From a virus, in the IMG/VR virus record IMGVR_UViG_3300019477_000080, positions 1 through 55,234 of that record: a DNA stretch of 55,234 bases. The stretch is one strand, 5' to 3'. Of the stretch, positions 1 to 8,825 are shown in pieces. The notes under the pieces were generated by a model that had not been told where the DNA came from, searched no databases, and worked only from the letters and a program-made list of their open reading frames with translations. Position 1 is the first letter of the stretch; each line of letters opens with the position of its first letter. Position numbers and translations under genes: made by a program.

Positions 1-90
1 GGAGCGGCAGGAGCGGCAGGAGCGGCAGGAGCGGCAGGAGCGGCAGGAGCGGCAGGAGCGGCAGGAGCGGCAGGAGCGGCAGGAGCGGCA
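1..90. repeat. 9-bp tandem repeat GGAGCGGCA x10; encodes (Pro-Ala-Ala)n on the minus strand
   Basis: Ten perfect head-to-tail units counted from nt 1. The same unit ends the window at 55161..55234. Confidence 0.95.
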
Positions 91-233
91 GCAGGTTGCA
101 CAGTATGTGCGTAGAGTTCTGTGGTTTGGGTTGGCGTGAACGTGAGTTGGGCTTTCCCGTCGTTACCAATCTTTAACGCGATGGTTACGTTGCTGAAGTT
201 GAATTGAATGTCGGACATGGTTAATTGGTTCAT
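1..233 (-). CDS. N-terminal part of a (PAA)n-repeat protein; the gene continues at the window end (54974..55234)
   Basis: ATG at 233 lies 7 nt after AAGGA. It translates MNQLTMSDIQFNFSNVTIALKIGNDGKAQLTFTPTQTTELYAHTVQPAAAPAAP... and is open to nt 1. Confidence 0.55.
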   Translation of the reverse strand, partial: MNQLTMSDIQFNFSNVTIALKIGNDGKAQLTFTPTQTTELYAHTVQPAAAPAAPAAPAAPAAPAAPAAPAAPAAPAA

Positions 234-249
234 TGTGATTTCCTTTTCT

Positions 250-1224
250 TTACAGGGCTACGCCGTACTTGGCAGCTTCGGCGCGGATGGTTTCGATTGT
301 TACGGATGGGTGTTGCGCCCAATCGCGTAAGTGGGCGAGTGTGGTTTGGAACGCTGGGTTAGCCAGCATAGCGGTTTTAGGGTCGGCGGCGACGTAGGCT
401 TGTGCCGCAGGTGCTTCGTCGCCGGTCTTACGTTCGGGGAAGCCGATGGTAAGAATCTCGGCGGATTCCGCAGTCTTACCAAGCTGGAACAGTTGATACA
501 CTTTCTGCTGCTCAACATATGCTTTGGCTTTGAAGCGTACACCGATGTTCGCGCCCTCGCTGAAGCATACTTCAGTCACGATGCCCTCCCAAATTGCGCC
601 GCCTTGTTTCAACATCTTGGCGTAGTCGGCCAGTGTGAGGTAGCCCTCTGCGGCGCGGGCGGAAGTGCCGAACAAAGCAGTCGCTGGTAAGTCCATACTG
701 AACAAGCGCATTTCGGGGTCGTTGGCAAAGACCACTACCAAGCGTTTGCGTGAGCCGCACGCCTTACCCTTACCGGTGGACGATGTACCCGCTACGTTCT
801 TAGGACATGACGCACAGGCATCGGACTGCTTGACGTAGGATTTAGGCGATGGGTGTACCCCGTCGGCAGACCAACAATCGGGTGATAGCGTCTCGCCCTC
901 TTTGAACGGAGTCAGGTACAGGGTGCGATAAGAGGTGTTGCCCTCCGGCGCGATACCCAAGATGATGATGTCGGCACTGTTGGTATATTGAGGGAACGCG
1001 GTAATCGAGCCGTCGGCGTTCTGTACCGTACCCATTGGTTTACCATCTTCGGCCAAGAAGTTGATTTGTCCGCCTTTCAGCTGGACACGGCGGCTGCCGG
1101 AGAAGCCGTCGCCGAACGAACCCATAGAGGATTGCGCGACAAGCTCTTGCATATACGCGGGCAGTTGGCCGCCGATAATCAGGCCACCTTGTTGGGTGTT
1201 GGCTGGGAGATTTGTCATTTTCAT
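250..1224 (-). CDS. putative DNA-binding protein (ssDNA-binding/annealing candidate) with a Cys cluster
   Basis: 324-aa ORF in the replication/recombination module. Cys cluster CWSADG...CASCPKN...ACGS. A beta-rich C-terminal half is loosely gp2.5-like. The assignment is tentative. Confidence 0.3.
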   Translation of the reverse strand: MKMTNLPANTQQGGLIIGGQLPAYMQELVAQSSMGSFGDGFSGSRRVQLKGGQINFLAEDGKPMGTVQNADGSITAFPQYTNSADIIILGIAPEGNTSYRTLYLTPFKEGETLSPDCWSADGVHPSPKSYVKQSDACASCPKNVAGTSSTGKGKACGSRKRLVVVFANDPEMRLFSMDLPATALFGTSARAAEGYLTLADYAKMLKQGGAIWEGIVTEVCFSEGANIGVRFKAKAYVEQQKVYQLFQLGKTAESAEILTIGFPERKTGDEAPAAQAYVAADPKTAMLANPAFQTTLAHLRDWAQHPSVTIETIRAEAAKYGVAL

Positions 1225-1229
1225 GTTCC

Positions 1230-1634
1230 TTATTTAGTTGGTTTCTTAACCGAGATGGTTTTCTTGGTGTACGCCGCCACACCTGCTGGCAACTGCCCGT
1301 TATTCTCACGAATATAGTCGTCGATGAAGTCTTTGGTTGGGCGCAACTGCGTTGCTTCCCACGCGCCGGACTCGATGATGAATTTACCAAACGCCGCTCT
1401 GTCTTCCACGCTATATGTCACGCGGTCGGAGGAGACGATGGTGCCACCCTTAGTGCGGAAGCTGGTAGCATCTGCGGCATTCAACCGCTTCTGCATTTCG
1501 ATTTCCAATTCGGCCTGCGTGTTCTCAACATCTGCAATCGTGGCTTCGTAATCTTCCTTGCGGTCGGCGAGCCAGTTGCGGTTGTTGATATACCACTCGG
1601 CGAGTTGGGATTCTGTATATTGTGATAAGTCCAT
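1230..1634 (-). CDS. hypothetical protein with an N-terminal coiled coil (Gp157/Gam-like position, tentative)
   Basis: Start trimmed to MDLSQYTESQ (AAGGA SD), downstream of the promoter at 1662..1690. It sits beside the candidate ssDNA-binding gene. Confidence 0.5.
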   Translation of the reverse strand: MDLSQYTESQLAEWYINNRNWLADRKEDYEATIADVENTQAELEIEMQKRLNAADATSFRTKGGTIVSSDRVTYSVEDRAAFGKFIIESGAWEATQLRPTKDFIDDYIRENNGQLPAGVAAYTKKTISVKKPTK

Positions 1635-1645
1635 ATCTGAAGTCC

Positions 1646-1903
1646 TTATTGTTGTGGGGCTATTATACGAGATAATATCTCGTGTTTCAAGCCCTCGTTT
1701 AAAATATTTTGAAGTTCGACCCACTTCTTAGACGGCATATCCGTGTGCTGTGAGTTGTCGATAGCGGAACACCAACTGTTGACGGTGCGCTCATGCACCC
1801 CTAATAGTAAGGCTGCCTGATGTTGTGTGGTATTGGTACGCTTGAGTAACAAGCGCAGGTTCGCCGGAGTGTATCCGACATCGGGAAAGACTACTGGTTT
1901 CAT
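1646..1903 (-). CDS. small helix-turn-helix (XRE-like) DNA-binding protein
   Basis: 85 aa. TQHQAALLLGVHERTVNSWCS is a classic HTH. ATGA overlap with the upstream SNF2 gene. Confidence 0.65.
   Translation of the reverse strand: MKPVVFPDVGYTPANLRLLLKRTNTTQHQAALLLGVHERTVNSWCSAIDNSQHTDMPSKKWVELQNILNEGLKHEILSRIIAPQQ
1662..1690 (-). promoter_or_regulatory. sigma70-type promoter TTGAAA-17-TATAAT with a CACGAGA box
   Basis: The reverse complement reads TTGAAAcacgagatattatctcgTATAAT. The spacer holds the inverted repeat cgagat/atctcg. It lies inside the 3' end of the HTH gene. Confidence 0.6.
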
Positions 1904-3525
1904 GACTGTCCTTTCTTGATACCAAGGGTATCGTAGTAGAGTTGAAGTAGAGTTTCCTGATTTTGCTTATTATCTGCAAGATGTTGGTACATCTCACGCT
2001 CCCTCTTGTCCCCGTAGAGGTGGACAATGTTCATGTGCTGCGTTTGCGATGGTCTGTCCATGCGCTCGCAGGCTTGTAGGTATGTCTCTGTCCGGCTGGG
2101 CGGTGCGTACCACACTGTGAGGCTGGCGGCGGTTGCCGTGACCCCGTGCGAGAACGCTTCGGGGATAGCCAGTATGACCTCCGGCGAGCTGGTCTGTTGG
2201 AAGCTATCCAAGATGCGCCGTCGCTCGCTGACGCTGGTGTCGCCCGATATGACCGCCACGTCGAAGTGCTTCTTCAGTGCATCCTCAAGTACCGTCATGA
2301 CGTGCTTGAATGGTACGAACACCAACGCCTTGCTGTGCGGTCTGCCCTCTGCCACGCTGTCGTCGCCCGACTCGCGGGCTTGCCGTATGAGGTCGATGGT
2401 CGCTTCGATACGAGACCTGTTCTCAAGTGCCATAGCCGTACCGTCGTCGGCGTAGATAGCACCTGCGTATATCTGCCGCAGCTTGCCGTGCAGCACGGCG
2501 GCATTGGCAGCGACGGCTTGATGGCCTGTGTCGAAGTTGGCAACCATGTCGTCAACCATAGCTTTGATGGCGAGGGCCTGCGCCTTGCTCAACCCTACGT
2601 CGAGGTAGCTGCGCGTTACCGGCGGCAGGTCGAGGCAGTCCGCCTTGCGGATGTAGATGGACGGCTGCAACAGATGGTTAACTGTGTCTTGCCATCCGCG
2701 CTTGTCGCGCCAAATAAAGGTGCTGACCTTGTACTGTACCATGTCGCGGTAGGCGGTCTTGGTGCGTGGCATACGGGTGGGGTTTACCAGCTTGCCTTGC
2801 CCGTATGCGTCCATTGCGCCCTGCGGTGTCGGTGTGCCGGTCAACGCCCACACTCTTGTCTGCGGGGTAATCAGCTTCGCCAACGCCTTCCAACGTTTGG
2901 TCGATGGGTCTTTGTACGCGGTACTCTCGTCGATGATAATCAGGTCGTAGTTGTTGACCGCCAGTGTGTCGGAGATAATCTCCACGCCGTCGAAGTTGAT
3001 GATGTCTATCTCGGTGTTGTCACGTCGTGCCAACTCCTTCCGTCGCTTGCTGTCGCCATACAGGACGCAGTGTCTGCGCCCGATACAGGTTGCCATTATG
3101 TCGTCCACCCATGCGGAGTACATCAACGACTTAGGGCAGACCACCAACACCCTACCGATGACACCAATGGACATGAGGTAGTCCATAGCATATAAAGCAC
3201 TTCTTGTCTTGCCGACCCCCATCCCCGCGAAGCAGTAAGCACGGGGGTTGCGGGCTAAGAACTCCGCGATACGAAGCTGGTGGTAATACGGACGGTCTCG
3301 ACCACTGAACGTGTAACCATCGAAGATGGTACTCACTGCCGGCTGACCGGCGAGCGAGAGCGCAGTCATGTTGTCGAACGTCCAGTCGACATCGACCCAC
3401 ACCGTGCCGTCAGGGTGGTATTCCACCGGACGCGCATCGGGAATCGCTGCGGTAACGGCGGCGATGTCTGTGGCCTTAATGCGGAGAACGCGCTCATGCA
3501 CGTTCGGGAAATACATATTAGTCAT
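1900..3525 (-). CDS. SNF2/Rad54-family (SF2) helicase
   Basis: Walker A GMGVGKT, DExx box LIIIDESTAYK, LTGTPTPQG, and C-terminal helicase motifs. Start trimmed to MTNMYFPN (ATGA overlap with the upstream gene). Confidence 0.85.
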   Translation of the reverse strand: MTNMYFPNVHERVLRIKATDIAAVTAAIPDARPVEYHPDGTVWVDVDWTFDNMTALSLAGQPAVSTIFDGYTFSGRDRPYYHQLRIAEFLARNPRAYCFAGMGVGKTRSALYAMDYLMSIGVIGRVLVVCPKSLMYSAWVDDIMATCIGRRHCVLYGDSKRRKELARRDNTEIDIINFDGVEIISDTLAVNNYDLIIIDESTAYKDPSTKRWKALAKLITPQTRVWALTGTPTPQGAMDAYGQGKLVNPTRMPRTKTAYRDMVQYKVSTFIWRDKRGWQDTVNHLLQPSIYIRKADCLDLPPVTRSYLDVGLSKAQALAIKAMVDDMVANFDTGHQAVAANAAVLHGKLRQIYAGAIYADDGTAMALENRSRIEATIDLIRQARESGDDSVAEGRPHSKALVFVPFKHVMTVLEDALKKHFDVAVISGDTSVSERRRILDSFQQTSSPEVILAIPEAFSHGVTATAASLTVWYAPPSRTETYLQACERMDRPSQTQHMNIVHLYGDKREREMYQHLADNKQNQETLLQLYYDTLGIKKGQS

Positions 3526-4259
3526 CTGCGTTTCTTTCTTCGGGCTAGGTAGTCCTGCCCCTGTTGCCAGTTGTCGCACTCGCTGTGCGGACACCAGCCA
3601 CACAGCGGTGTGGCCTCGCCTGCTGGGAAGTTGTCGTTTACGATGGCAAGGACGACGCGGTTTACTTTCCAACGCCATTCCTCTTTCAGCCTGTCGATGT
3701 CGGCGCGAGTGTAGGTAGAGCGTACCATCTTGTAGTCGTCGCAGACGAACATGAGGCAACCAGTGACCTTAGTCACGGTCGGGATAGCCAACATCGCGCA
3801 CAGCGCATACAGGTCAATCTGCTTAGGGTCTGCGTACTTGGCGGACTTGTTGGTTTTCCAGTCAACGATGACGGCCTCATCTTTGTCGGGTGATACCATC
3901 AACACGTCTATCTTACCGGCGAGCGCGTTGCGTGGAGACCACCACACGTCTTGGGCGGTTGTGAACTCTGCGGTGTAGTCGTTATGTATGGCGAACGTGC
4001 GCTCACAATCTACTTCCCACCCGTTTGCCCGTCGCGTTTCGACGGCGGTTACTAATTGTTGATACTGCGATACGTTGTTTGGTAACGCTACGCCTCGCAT
4101 GATTGCGTCTTCTAAGCATTTGTGAACGTAATCCCCCCACTTGGCTTCTTCTGATTGTTCGTACGGGTACAGCTTGTCGAGCTTAACCACCTTGTACTGC
4201 AAAGGGCAGTGTTCAAATTGAGAGATGGCACTGTAACTTAATACCTTATGTTTGCTCAT
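3522..4259 (-). CDS. PD-(D/E)XK exonuclease, Cas4/RecB-like with a Cys cluster
   Basis: N-terminal Cys (FEHCPLQY), IDVLM...VDWKT (D..D/ExK), QIDLYAL, and C-terminal CGWCPHSEC. Confidence 0.75.
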   Translation of the reverse strand: MSKHKVLSYSAISQFEHCPLQYKVVKLDKLYPYEQSEEAKWGDYVHKCLEDAIMRGVALPNNVSQYQQLVTAVETRRANGWEVDCERTFAIHNDYTAEFTTAQDVWWSPRNALAGKIDVLMVSPDKDEAVIVDWKTNKSAKYADPKQIDLYALCAMLAIPTVTKVTGCLMFVCDDYKMVRSTYTRADIDRLKEEWRWKVNRVVLAIVNDNFPAGEATPLCGWCPHSECDNWQQGQDYLARRKKRR

Positions 4260-4270
4260 GTCTGTTCCTA

Positions 4271-4304
4271 TAAATAAAAATCCTGCGCTATTATACGCAG
4301 GATT
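4271..4304 (-). terminator. rho-independent terminator after the HU-like gene
   Basis: The minus-strand RNA reads aauccugcg-uauaauag-cgcaggauu followed by UUUAUUUA. Confidence 0.7.
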
Positions 4305-4318
4305 CTCTCGTGTTGCAA
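4290..4318 (-). promoter_or_regulatory. sigma70-type promoter TTGCAA-17-TATAAT with a CACGAGA box
   Basis: The reverse complement reads TTGCAAcacgagagaatcctgcgTATAAT. The -10 lies in the loop of the terminator hairpin. Confidence 0.65.
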
Positions 4319-4323
4319 CTGCT

Positions 4324-4596
4324 TCACAACCGTTGGCGCAGCCGGATAGAGGTTACTAAACGGATGCGTGGTTTGTAGTGGGTGACACCGCTCTTACCGA
4401 AATTGCAATTAGGTCGGTCATACGGTTCGCCCCGACGGAACGTACCGAAGTGATGCAACGCCACCATATTACCCTTAATCAATTCCTCTGACATTTGTTC
4501 GACGAGGAAATCTACCATCTTCTTGGCATGGGTAACAGGAATCTCGAACTCCGCCGCCAAGCGTTTAACGAGGTCAGATTGGTTAACGCGGGTCAT
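4324..4596 (-). CDS. HU/IHF-family DNA-binding protein
   Basis: 90 aa. The pattern (N)QSDLVKRLA...THAKKMVDFLVEQMSEEL..G..V.L..FGTF is typical of the family. Confidence 0.8.
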   Translation of the reverse strand: MTRVNQSDLVKRLAAEFEIPVTHAKKMVDFLVEQMSEELIKGNMVALHHFGTFRRGEPYDRPNCNFGKSGVTHYKPRIRLVTSIRLRQRL

Positions 4597-4678
4597 GATT
4601 CACCTCCACTTGTTGGGTGTTGCGGAGGATGATTTCGCGTACTTCATCGTCGCTGGCGAGTACCCAACCCTCAAACGC

Positions 4679-5161
4679 TTACGGCAGCATTGAGTCGAAG
4701 CCCACGCCACCAGAGGGGCGCGATAAAAGAAATTGGTTAGGGATAGGTAGGTTAACTGCATCGTCCCCTGTACCGTAGTTAGCGTTGACAAAGCGGGATA
4801 AGGCGTTACCACCTATGACAGCTAGAACAACAACATCCATACTATTGACGCGGCGTACTGCCTTACCCGCTTGCAGGTACTCAATGGCGGTATCGCGGTC
4901 GAAAGGCCCTTGCGTCATCTTACCCATAGCCAGTTGCGCGTAGTGGGCAATCTTCATGAGGTCGAGTTCTTCTTGGCCGGTGCGTTGGTTATTACCAAAA
5001 CGTGCGGCGTATTTCTGAATCTGTGCGATACAGTCTTGCGCCGACCACGCCGCTACGTTGTCGTTTGGCGCGTCGCCGTACTGTGGTACGGTGTAGTTCT
5101 CGATGTGGTCTGCCACCTTAGCGGCAAACTCGTTCCAGTCTTTAATGCGTTGGGCTGTCAT
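4679..5161 (-). CDS. two-domain hypothetical protein (DUF3310-like N-terminus, possible DUF2829-like C-terminus; tentative)
   Basis: IQKYAARFGNNQRTGQEELDLMKIAHYAQL resembles the DUF3310 KY..R...DL.KA.HY signature. AIEYLQAGKAVRR resembles the DUF2829 N-terminal signature. Confidence 0.35.
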   Translation of the reverse strand: MTAQRIKDWNEFAAKVADHIENYTVPQYGDAPNDNVAAWSAQDCIAQIQKYAARFGNNQRTGQEELDLMKIAHYAQLAMGKMTQGPFDRDTAIEYLQAGKAVRRVNSMDVVVLAVIGGNALSRFVNANYGTGDDAVNLPIPNQFLLSRPSGGVGFDSMLP

Positions 5162-7659
5162 AGGATTTCTCCAGTTTGGGGGTTGAAAATATGTTTGCGG
5201 TCGGGGTTGTTCGGGCGTTTAGACCAGTCATCATCGACCGCGCCATAGCTCTGCGCCCAGCCACCCTCTGACGCGAGGGTAATGCCCTGAATATAATCAG
5301 GGGCGGTACACATACAACGGTGCATATATTCCGCAGCGACCTCTGCTTGTTCGCGCGGTACGACGATACACCATTCGTCGTGGGTGTTCATTACGATGGG
5401 GTAGTATTGGGCAATCCATACTGCTTGGGTTTTCATGATGGCGAACGCGAGAGCCTGTGTGATGTTTTCCGCGACTAACCCAGAATACACCCTTGTGTTC
5501 AAAGGCTTACCGTTATACCCGCACTTCTCGTAGAAGTATTGCGGACGGCGTGGGTTTGTCAAATCGGCACTAAGATTCGGGTAGTTCAACCATAAACCGT
5601 TCGGCATACGGATACCGGCGACCTTGCGTCCGAAGATATAGCGGTTGCCATCGGCGAAGAACATCTTGCCATCCGGGCCGCCGAAATACATCTGACCACC
5701 TGATACCATCGCGGCAAGAGCTTGGTCGCACATGCGCCAAAACCCTGTGATGAAATTGTTAGCATCACGCCACGCGCGGACAGTGGTAGCCGATTCGTCC
5801 ATTGCCATGCTGATACCAGCGGTCAATAAGGCGTATTTTTGGAAACCTTGCGCTCCTTGACCATATCCCAATGCAAGGGTAGCGGTCTTGCCGTATTGGC
5901 GTATCATGTTGTACTTGTGCGCCGTATCGGGGTCATTACTCTTACGCCCCTCTACAATCTCTTGGTATGGTATGCCATGAATTTTTGACGCGGCAAACGA
6001 GTACACGTCGCCTCCGGAGGCGAACACCCCAAGCACGTCTGTTTGGTTTGCGACATAGGCCAGCACGCGGCATTCAATCTGACTTGCGTCATAGTTAACT
6101 ATGACACTATTTCCTTGTGCAATAATACTTCTTCGCAGCAGGTCGCTCTGTCCCTCACGCCGTCCGCTGGGAAGATTTTGCATGTTGGCGGAATTGTGAA
6201 CCAATCTACCATTAGCGACATAGCAGTGGCGGTCGCCGACGTTCAGGATGTCATAAACCATTGCTTTTGCGCCATCCTCGTAGCAGATGTTGGACTCCGG
6301 CATGGCCTCATAAATACCACCGGCAGGCAGCGTTGCCGGAACAAGGGAATATCTATTAACCCTAAACCACTCAAAACGCTCGGTGCGGTCGCGGTCGTAG
6401 CCGACAAAACACTCGTGGTTCTTAGTAGCGGTCAGGCCGTCCCAGTTGTACACACGCTTCACACCATGACAGACCACCCCGTCATGGGCGCACCAGTCAG
6501 AACCATCCCATATCAGGTCGGTAAGCTGAACGTCTTTAATCATGCGGTACTCCCACTCGGTGGCACTAGCCCCCTCCGGCAGCACCACAATCATGGTCTC
6601 GCCTACGAAACAACCTGCCGAGCCGCCGCTCATGCGATTTGTATGCGCTCCGCCAATCTTGTAGCCCATCGGCAAGAAGCCGTAGCTACCATACTCAAGG
6701 AACTTGAGGCATCGGGTCTCGTCGATACTCGACTTCGCCGCGAGGCGCGCTTGGCACACTGCCTGAATCTTGGGGTCGTCATGCTCGCACAACTCTTTGA
6801 ATGCCACGTCGGTCTTACCGAACGCCCAAGTGGTCTTGCCGGTTTTCTCGGACACTTTGGTCGGGATAATGAATGTGCCGGACTTGCCTTGTTCCATCTC
6901 TTCTTCAGTGATACCACCGAGACCGCGCAGAACTTCGGCGAACTTGTCGTTACTGCGCAGATGCGCGGATAAATCCTCTTGCGTGGTGTTGAACATCTTG
7001 CACACCTCTGCCAACTGCTCGGCCTTATAGGTACGGCAGCGGTTCAGCTCGTACTCAACCGTAGGGATGTCAACGGTCAGACGAGGCTCGGTGTAGCAGC
7101 GCAGGATGATGTCTTGAAAGCGCATCTCCTCGTCCGTCAGGTACTGACGCAGTACCTTGAAGAGAAACCATGTGATGTCGGTATCGTTCTTACAATACTC
7201 GCGGTAGTCTGCCCACTGTTGGGGCGTGAAATCGGCGCGGCGTTTACCCAATGCGTCCAACACCTCTGTGCCTTTAGGGGGTACGGCGTACCCTGCTTCC
7301 TGCAACAAGCGGATACAGGTGGCGAGGCTGGCACTACCTGCAATGGTCGGAACGCCTAATGCCTGCGCCATACTCATGGTATCAATCAACATCGCAGGGC
7401 GCACACCGTACCGCCAGTACAGGATACTGCCGTCGAACACGGCGTTGTGGGCGATGACTGCGGTATTAGACCAATCAACCGTAGCGAAGAACGTAGGGAT
7501 TTGCTCTCCGTCAATAACCTGCACAGGGTCTTCATTGAACTTGGCAGATACCATCAGCACCTCCATCTGCGGGTGCATGACGTAAGCCTGCGTCGTCAGC
7601 TTCTTGAGGGATATTTCTTTGTCGTAATACGTTTCAAAATCAAGGGTTAAGTAGTTCAT
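5158..7659 (-). CDS. family-A DNA polymerase with 3'-5' exonuclease domain, interrupted by a mini-intein
   Basis: Exo I LTLDFETYY, Exo II AHNAVFDGSIL, Exo III YCKNDTD. Motif A VNYDASQIECRVLAY, motif B RQYGKTATLALGYGQG, motif C NTHDEW. Confidence 0.9.
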   Translation of the reverse strand: MNYLTLDFETYYDKEISLKKLTTQAYVMHPQMEVLMVSAKFNEDPVQVIDGEQIPTFFATVDWSNTAVIAHNAVFDGSILYWRYGVRPAMLIDTMSMAQALGVPTIAGSASLATCIRLLQEAGYAVPPKGTEVLDALGKRRADFTPQQWADYREYCKNDTDITWFLFKVLRQYLTDEEMRFQDIILRCYTEPRLTVDIPTVEYELNRCRTYKAEQLAEVCKMFNTTQEDLSAHLRSNDKFAEVLRGLGGITEEEMEQGKSGTFIIPTKVSEKTGKTTWAFGKTDVAFKELCEHDDPKIQAVCQARLAAKSSIDETRCLKFLEYGSYGFLPMGYKIGGAHTNRMSGGSAGCFVGETMIVVLPEGASATEWEYRMIKDVQLTDLIWDGSDWCAHDGVVCHGVKRVYNWDGLTATKNHECFVGYDRDRTERFEWFRVNRYSLVPATLPAGGIYEAMPESNICYEDGAKAMVYDILNVGDRHCYVANGRLVHNSANMQNLPSGRREGQSDLLRRSIIAQGNSVIVNYDASQIECRVLAYVANQTDVLGVFASGGDVYSFAASKIHGIPYQEIVEGRKSNDPDTAHKYNMIRQYGKTATLALGYGQGAQGFQKYALLTAGISMAMDESATTVRAWRDANNFITGFWRMCDQALAAMVSGGQMYFGGPDGKMFFADGNRYIFGRKVAGIRMPNGLWLNYPNLSADLTNPRRPQYFYEKCGYNGKPLNTRVYSGLVAENITQALAFAIMKTQAVWIAQYYPIVMNTHDEWCIVVPREQAEVAAEYMHRCMCTAPDYIQGITLASEGGWAQSYGAVDDDWSKRPNNPDRKHIFNPQTGEIL
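6193..6612 (-). mobile_element. 140-aa mini-intein (Cys1...His-Asn, +1 Ser) in the polymerase
   Basis: CFVGETMIVV (block A), TKNH (block B), MVYDILNVGDRHCYVANGRLVHN|S (blocks F/G). The flanks rejoin to TNRMSGGSAG-SANMQNLP. Confidence 0.8.
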
Positions 7660-7961
7660 CGTGATAACTCTCGTAAAAGTTTATGGGTCATGAGCGTAGC
7701 CAGCAGGTCTCGGCGCAGGAAACCAATCACCACGCGGGTCTCATGCTTGGCTACGCCCCACACTGTCGGGTCTGCGGAGTCCGACAGACTCCGGAATGAC
7801 TTGTCGGCGGCGGCGGCCAGCAACAGGGCGAAGAAAAGCATTCCCAGCTCAAACACGGCGCGTGGTATGAAGAGCAAGACAACCGCGACATCCCACAAGG
7901 CATAAAAGCACCCTCCGATACATATGCAAACCAGCGCAATAATAGTTGAAATGAACGACAT
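7656..7961 (-). CDS. small membrane protein (2-3 TM segments)
   Basis: MSFISTIIALVCICIGGCFYALWDVAVVLLFIP... AAGGAAAC SD. ATGA overlap with the polymerase start. Confidence 0.6.
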   Translation of the reverse strand: MSFISTIIALVCICIGGCFYALWDVAVVLLFIPRAVFELGMLFFALLLAAAADKSFRSLSDSADPTVWGVAKHETRVVIGFLRRDLLATLMTHKLLRELSR

Positions 7962-7987
7962 TACTGTTTCCTTTTTGTATTTGACGG

Positions 7988-8227
7988 TCAGTGAACTGGC
8001 TGTTTGCATGATGCTTGGCGGTCAGGCAAGGGGTTGTTCTTCACGGCTTCACGGATTGCTTCAGCACGTCGCACAATCGCATCTAAGACTTCTTCGGGAA
8101 AGTCGGCTACTTCAGCCGTCAAGTTCATACACTCGATAGCATCATCGACTAGCTCGTCTATATGCTCGTGGTTCAGAAACACCACACCCAACAGGCTGTC
8201 CATGGCTTGGTGGAAATCGTTGCTCAT
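7988..8227 (-). CDS. acidic hypothetical protein
   Basis: 79-aa ORF, translationally coupled (ATGA) to the upstream gene. Confidence 0.55.
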   Translation of the reverse strand: MSNDFHQAMDSLLGVVFLNHEHIDELVDDAIECMNLTAEVADFPEEVLDAIVRRAEAIREAVKNNPLPDRQASCKQPVH

Positions 8228-8478
8228 ATATTATCCTTCCAACCAACGACCACATCTACGCTCTGGTTCTCGTCCGCGTCTGACACTGTTATGGTGTAGC
8301 CATGCAATTCAAGGTATGTGCGTAGCTGCGCAATAACAGTGACTGGCAGCCTAGTAATCACACATGACGTACTACCAGCAAGGGCGGAAGATACAGCCTG
8401 TTGTTCAATGTGTTTTCGGAGGGTCGTGAACTCCGTCGCAAAAGTCATCAAGTCGCGCAGTTCTGTTGCAGTAATCAT
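8224..8478 (-). CDS. hypothetical protein
   Basis: Start trimmed to MITATELRDL, giving an ATGA overlap with the VRR-NUC gene. Confidence 0.55.
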   Translation of the reverse strand: MITATELRDLMTFATEFTTLRKHIEQQAVSSALAGSTSCVITRLPVTVIAQLRTYLELHGYTITVSDADENQSVDVVVGWKDNI

Positions 8479-8825
8479 TTTCTCAACCTTTGGTAAATAA
8501 TATCTAGTTCGGGAATAAGGGTGTCGGCATCGCCCCACAGGGCGATGCCACCGGCGGAAGTAATGCGCCCAAGGTGCAGGCGTTGGTTGGTGCGCGGTGC
8601 TTGGCCTTTCGCCTTACACTCGACACCGACGAACCGTCCACAGACACACAGCAGGAAGTCAGGCACACCCACCTCGCCAGCTTGTACCACACGGACGAGA
8701 TACACGTCGGGTTTGTCTTTAGCCCACTGCTTCACGGCATGGACAACCGCGCCCTCCGGCGTGGTACTGCTACGCTTCGGCTTCGCCGTCTTGACACCCA
8801 GCGGGGTGGCTTCGATGTTCGTCAT
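8475..8825 (-). CDS. VRR-NUC domain nuclease
   Basis: GVPDFLLCVCGRFVGVECKAKGQAPRTNQRLHLGRITSAGGIALW matches the PD..(D/E)xK...Q VRR-NUC core. Confidence 0.75.
   Translation of the reverse strand: MTNIEATPLGVKTAKPKRSSTTPEGAVVHAVKQWAKDKPDVYLVRVVQAGEVGVPDFLLCVCGRFVGVECKAKGQAPRTNQRLHLGRITSAGGIALWGDADTLIPELDIIYQRLRK

Noticed and set aside
1-90. The tandem repeat at both window ends could be taken for a CRISPR array or a non-coding satellite.
   Set aside because: The unit is 9 bp with no spacers, and it lies in phase inside an ORF, where it encodes (PAA)n.
2146-3195. 349-aa plus-strand ORF.
   Set aside because: It is entirely antisense to the SNF2 helicase gene, whose motifs are clear. It has no SD and an Arg/Val/Gly-rich shadow-frame composition.
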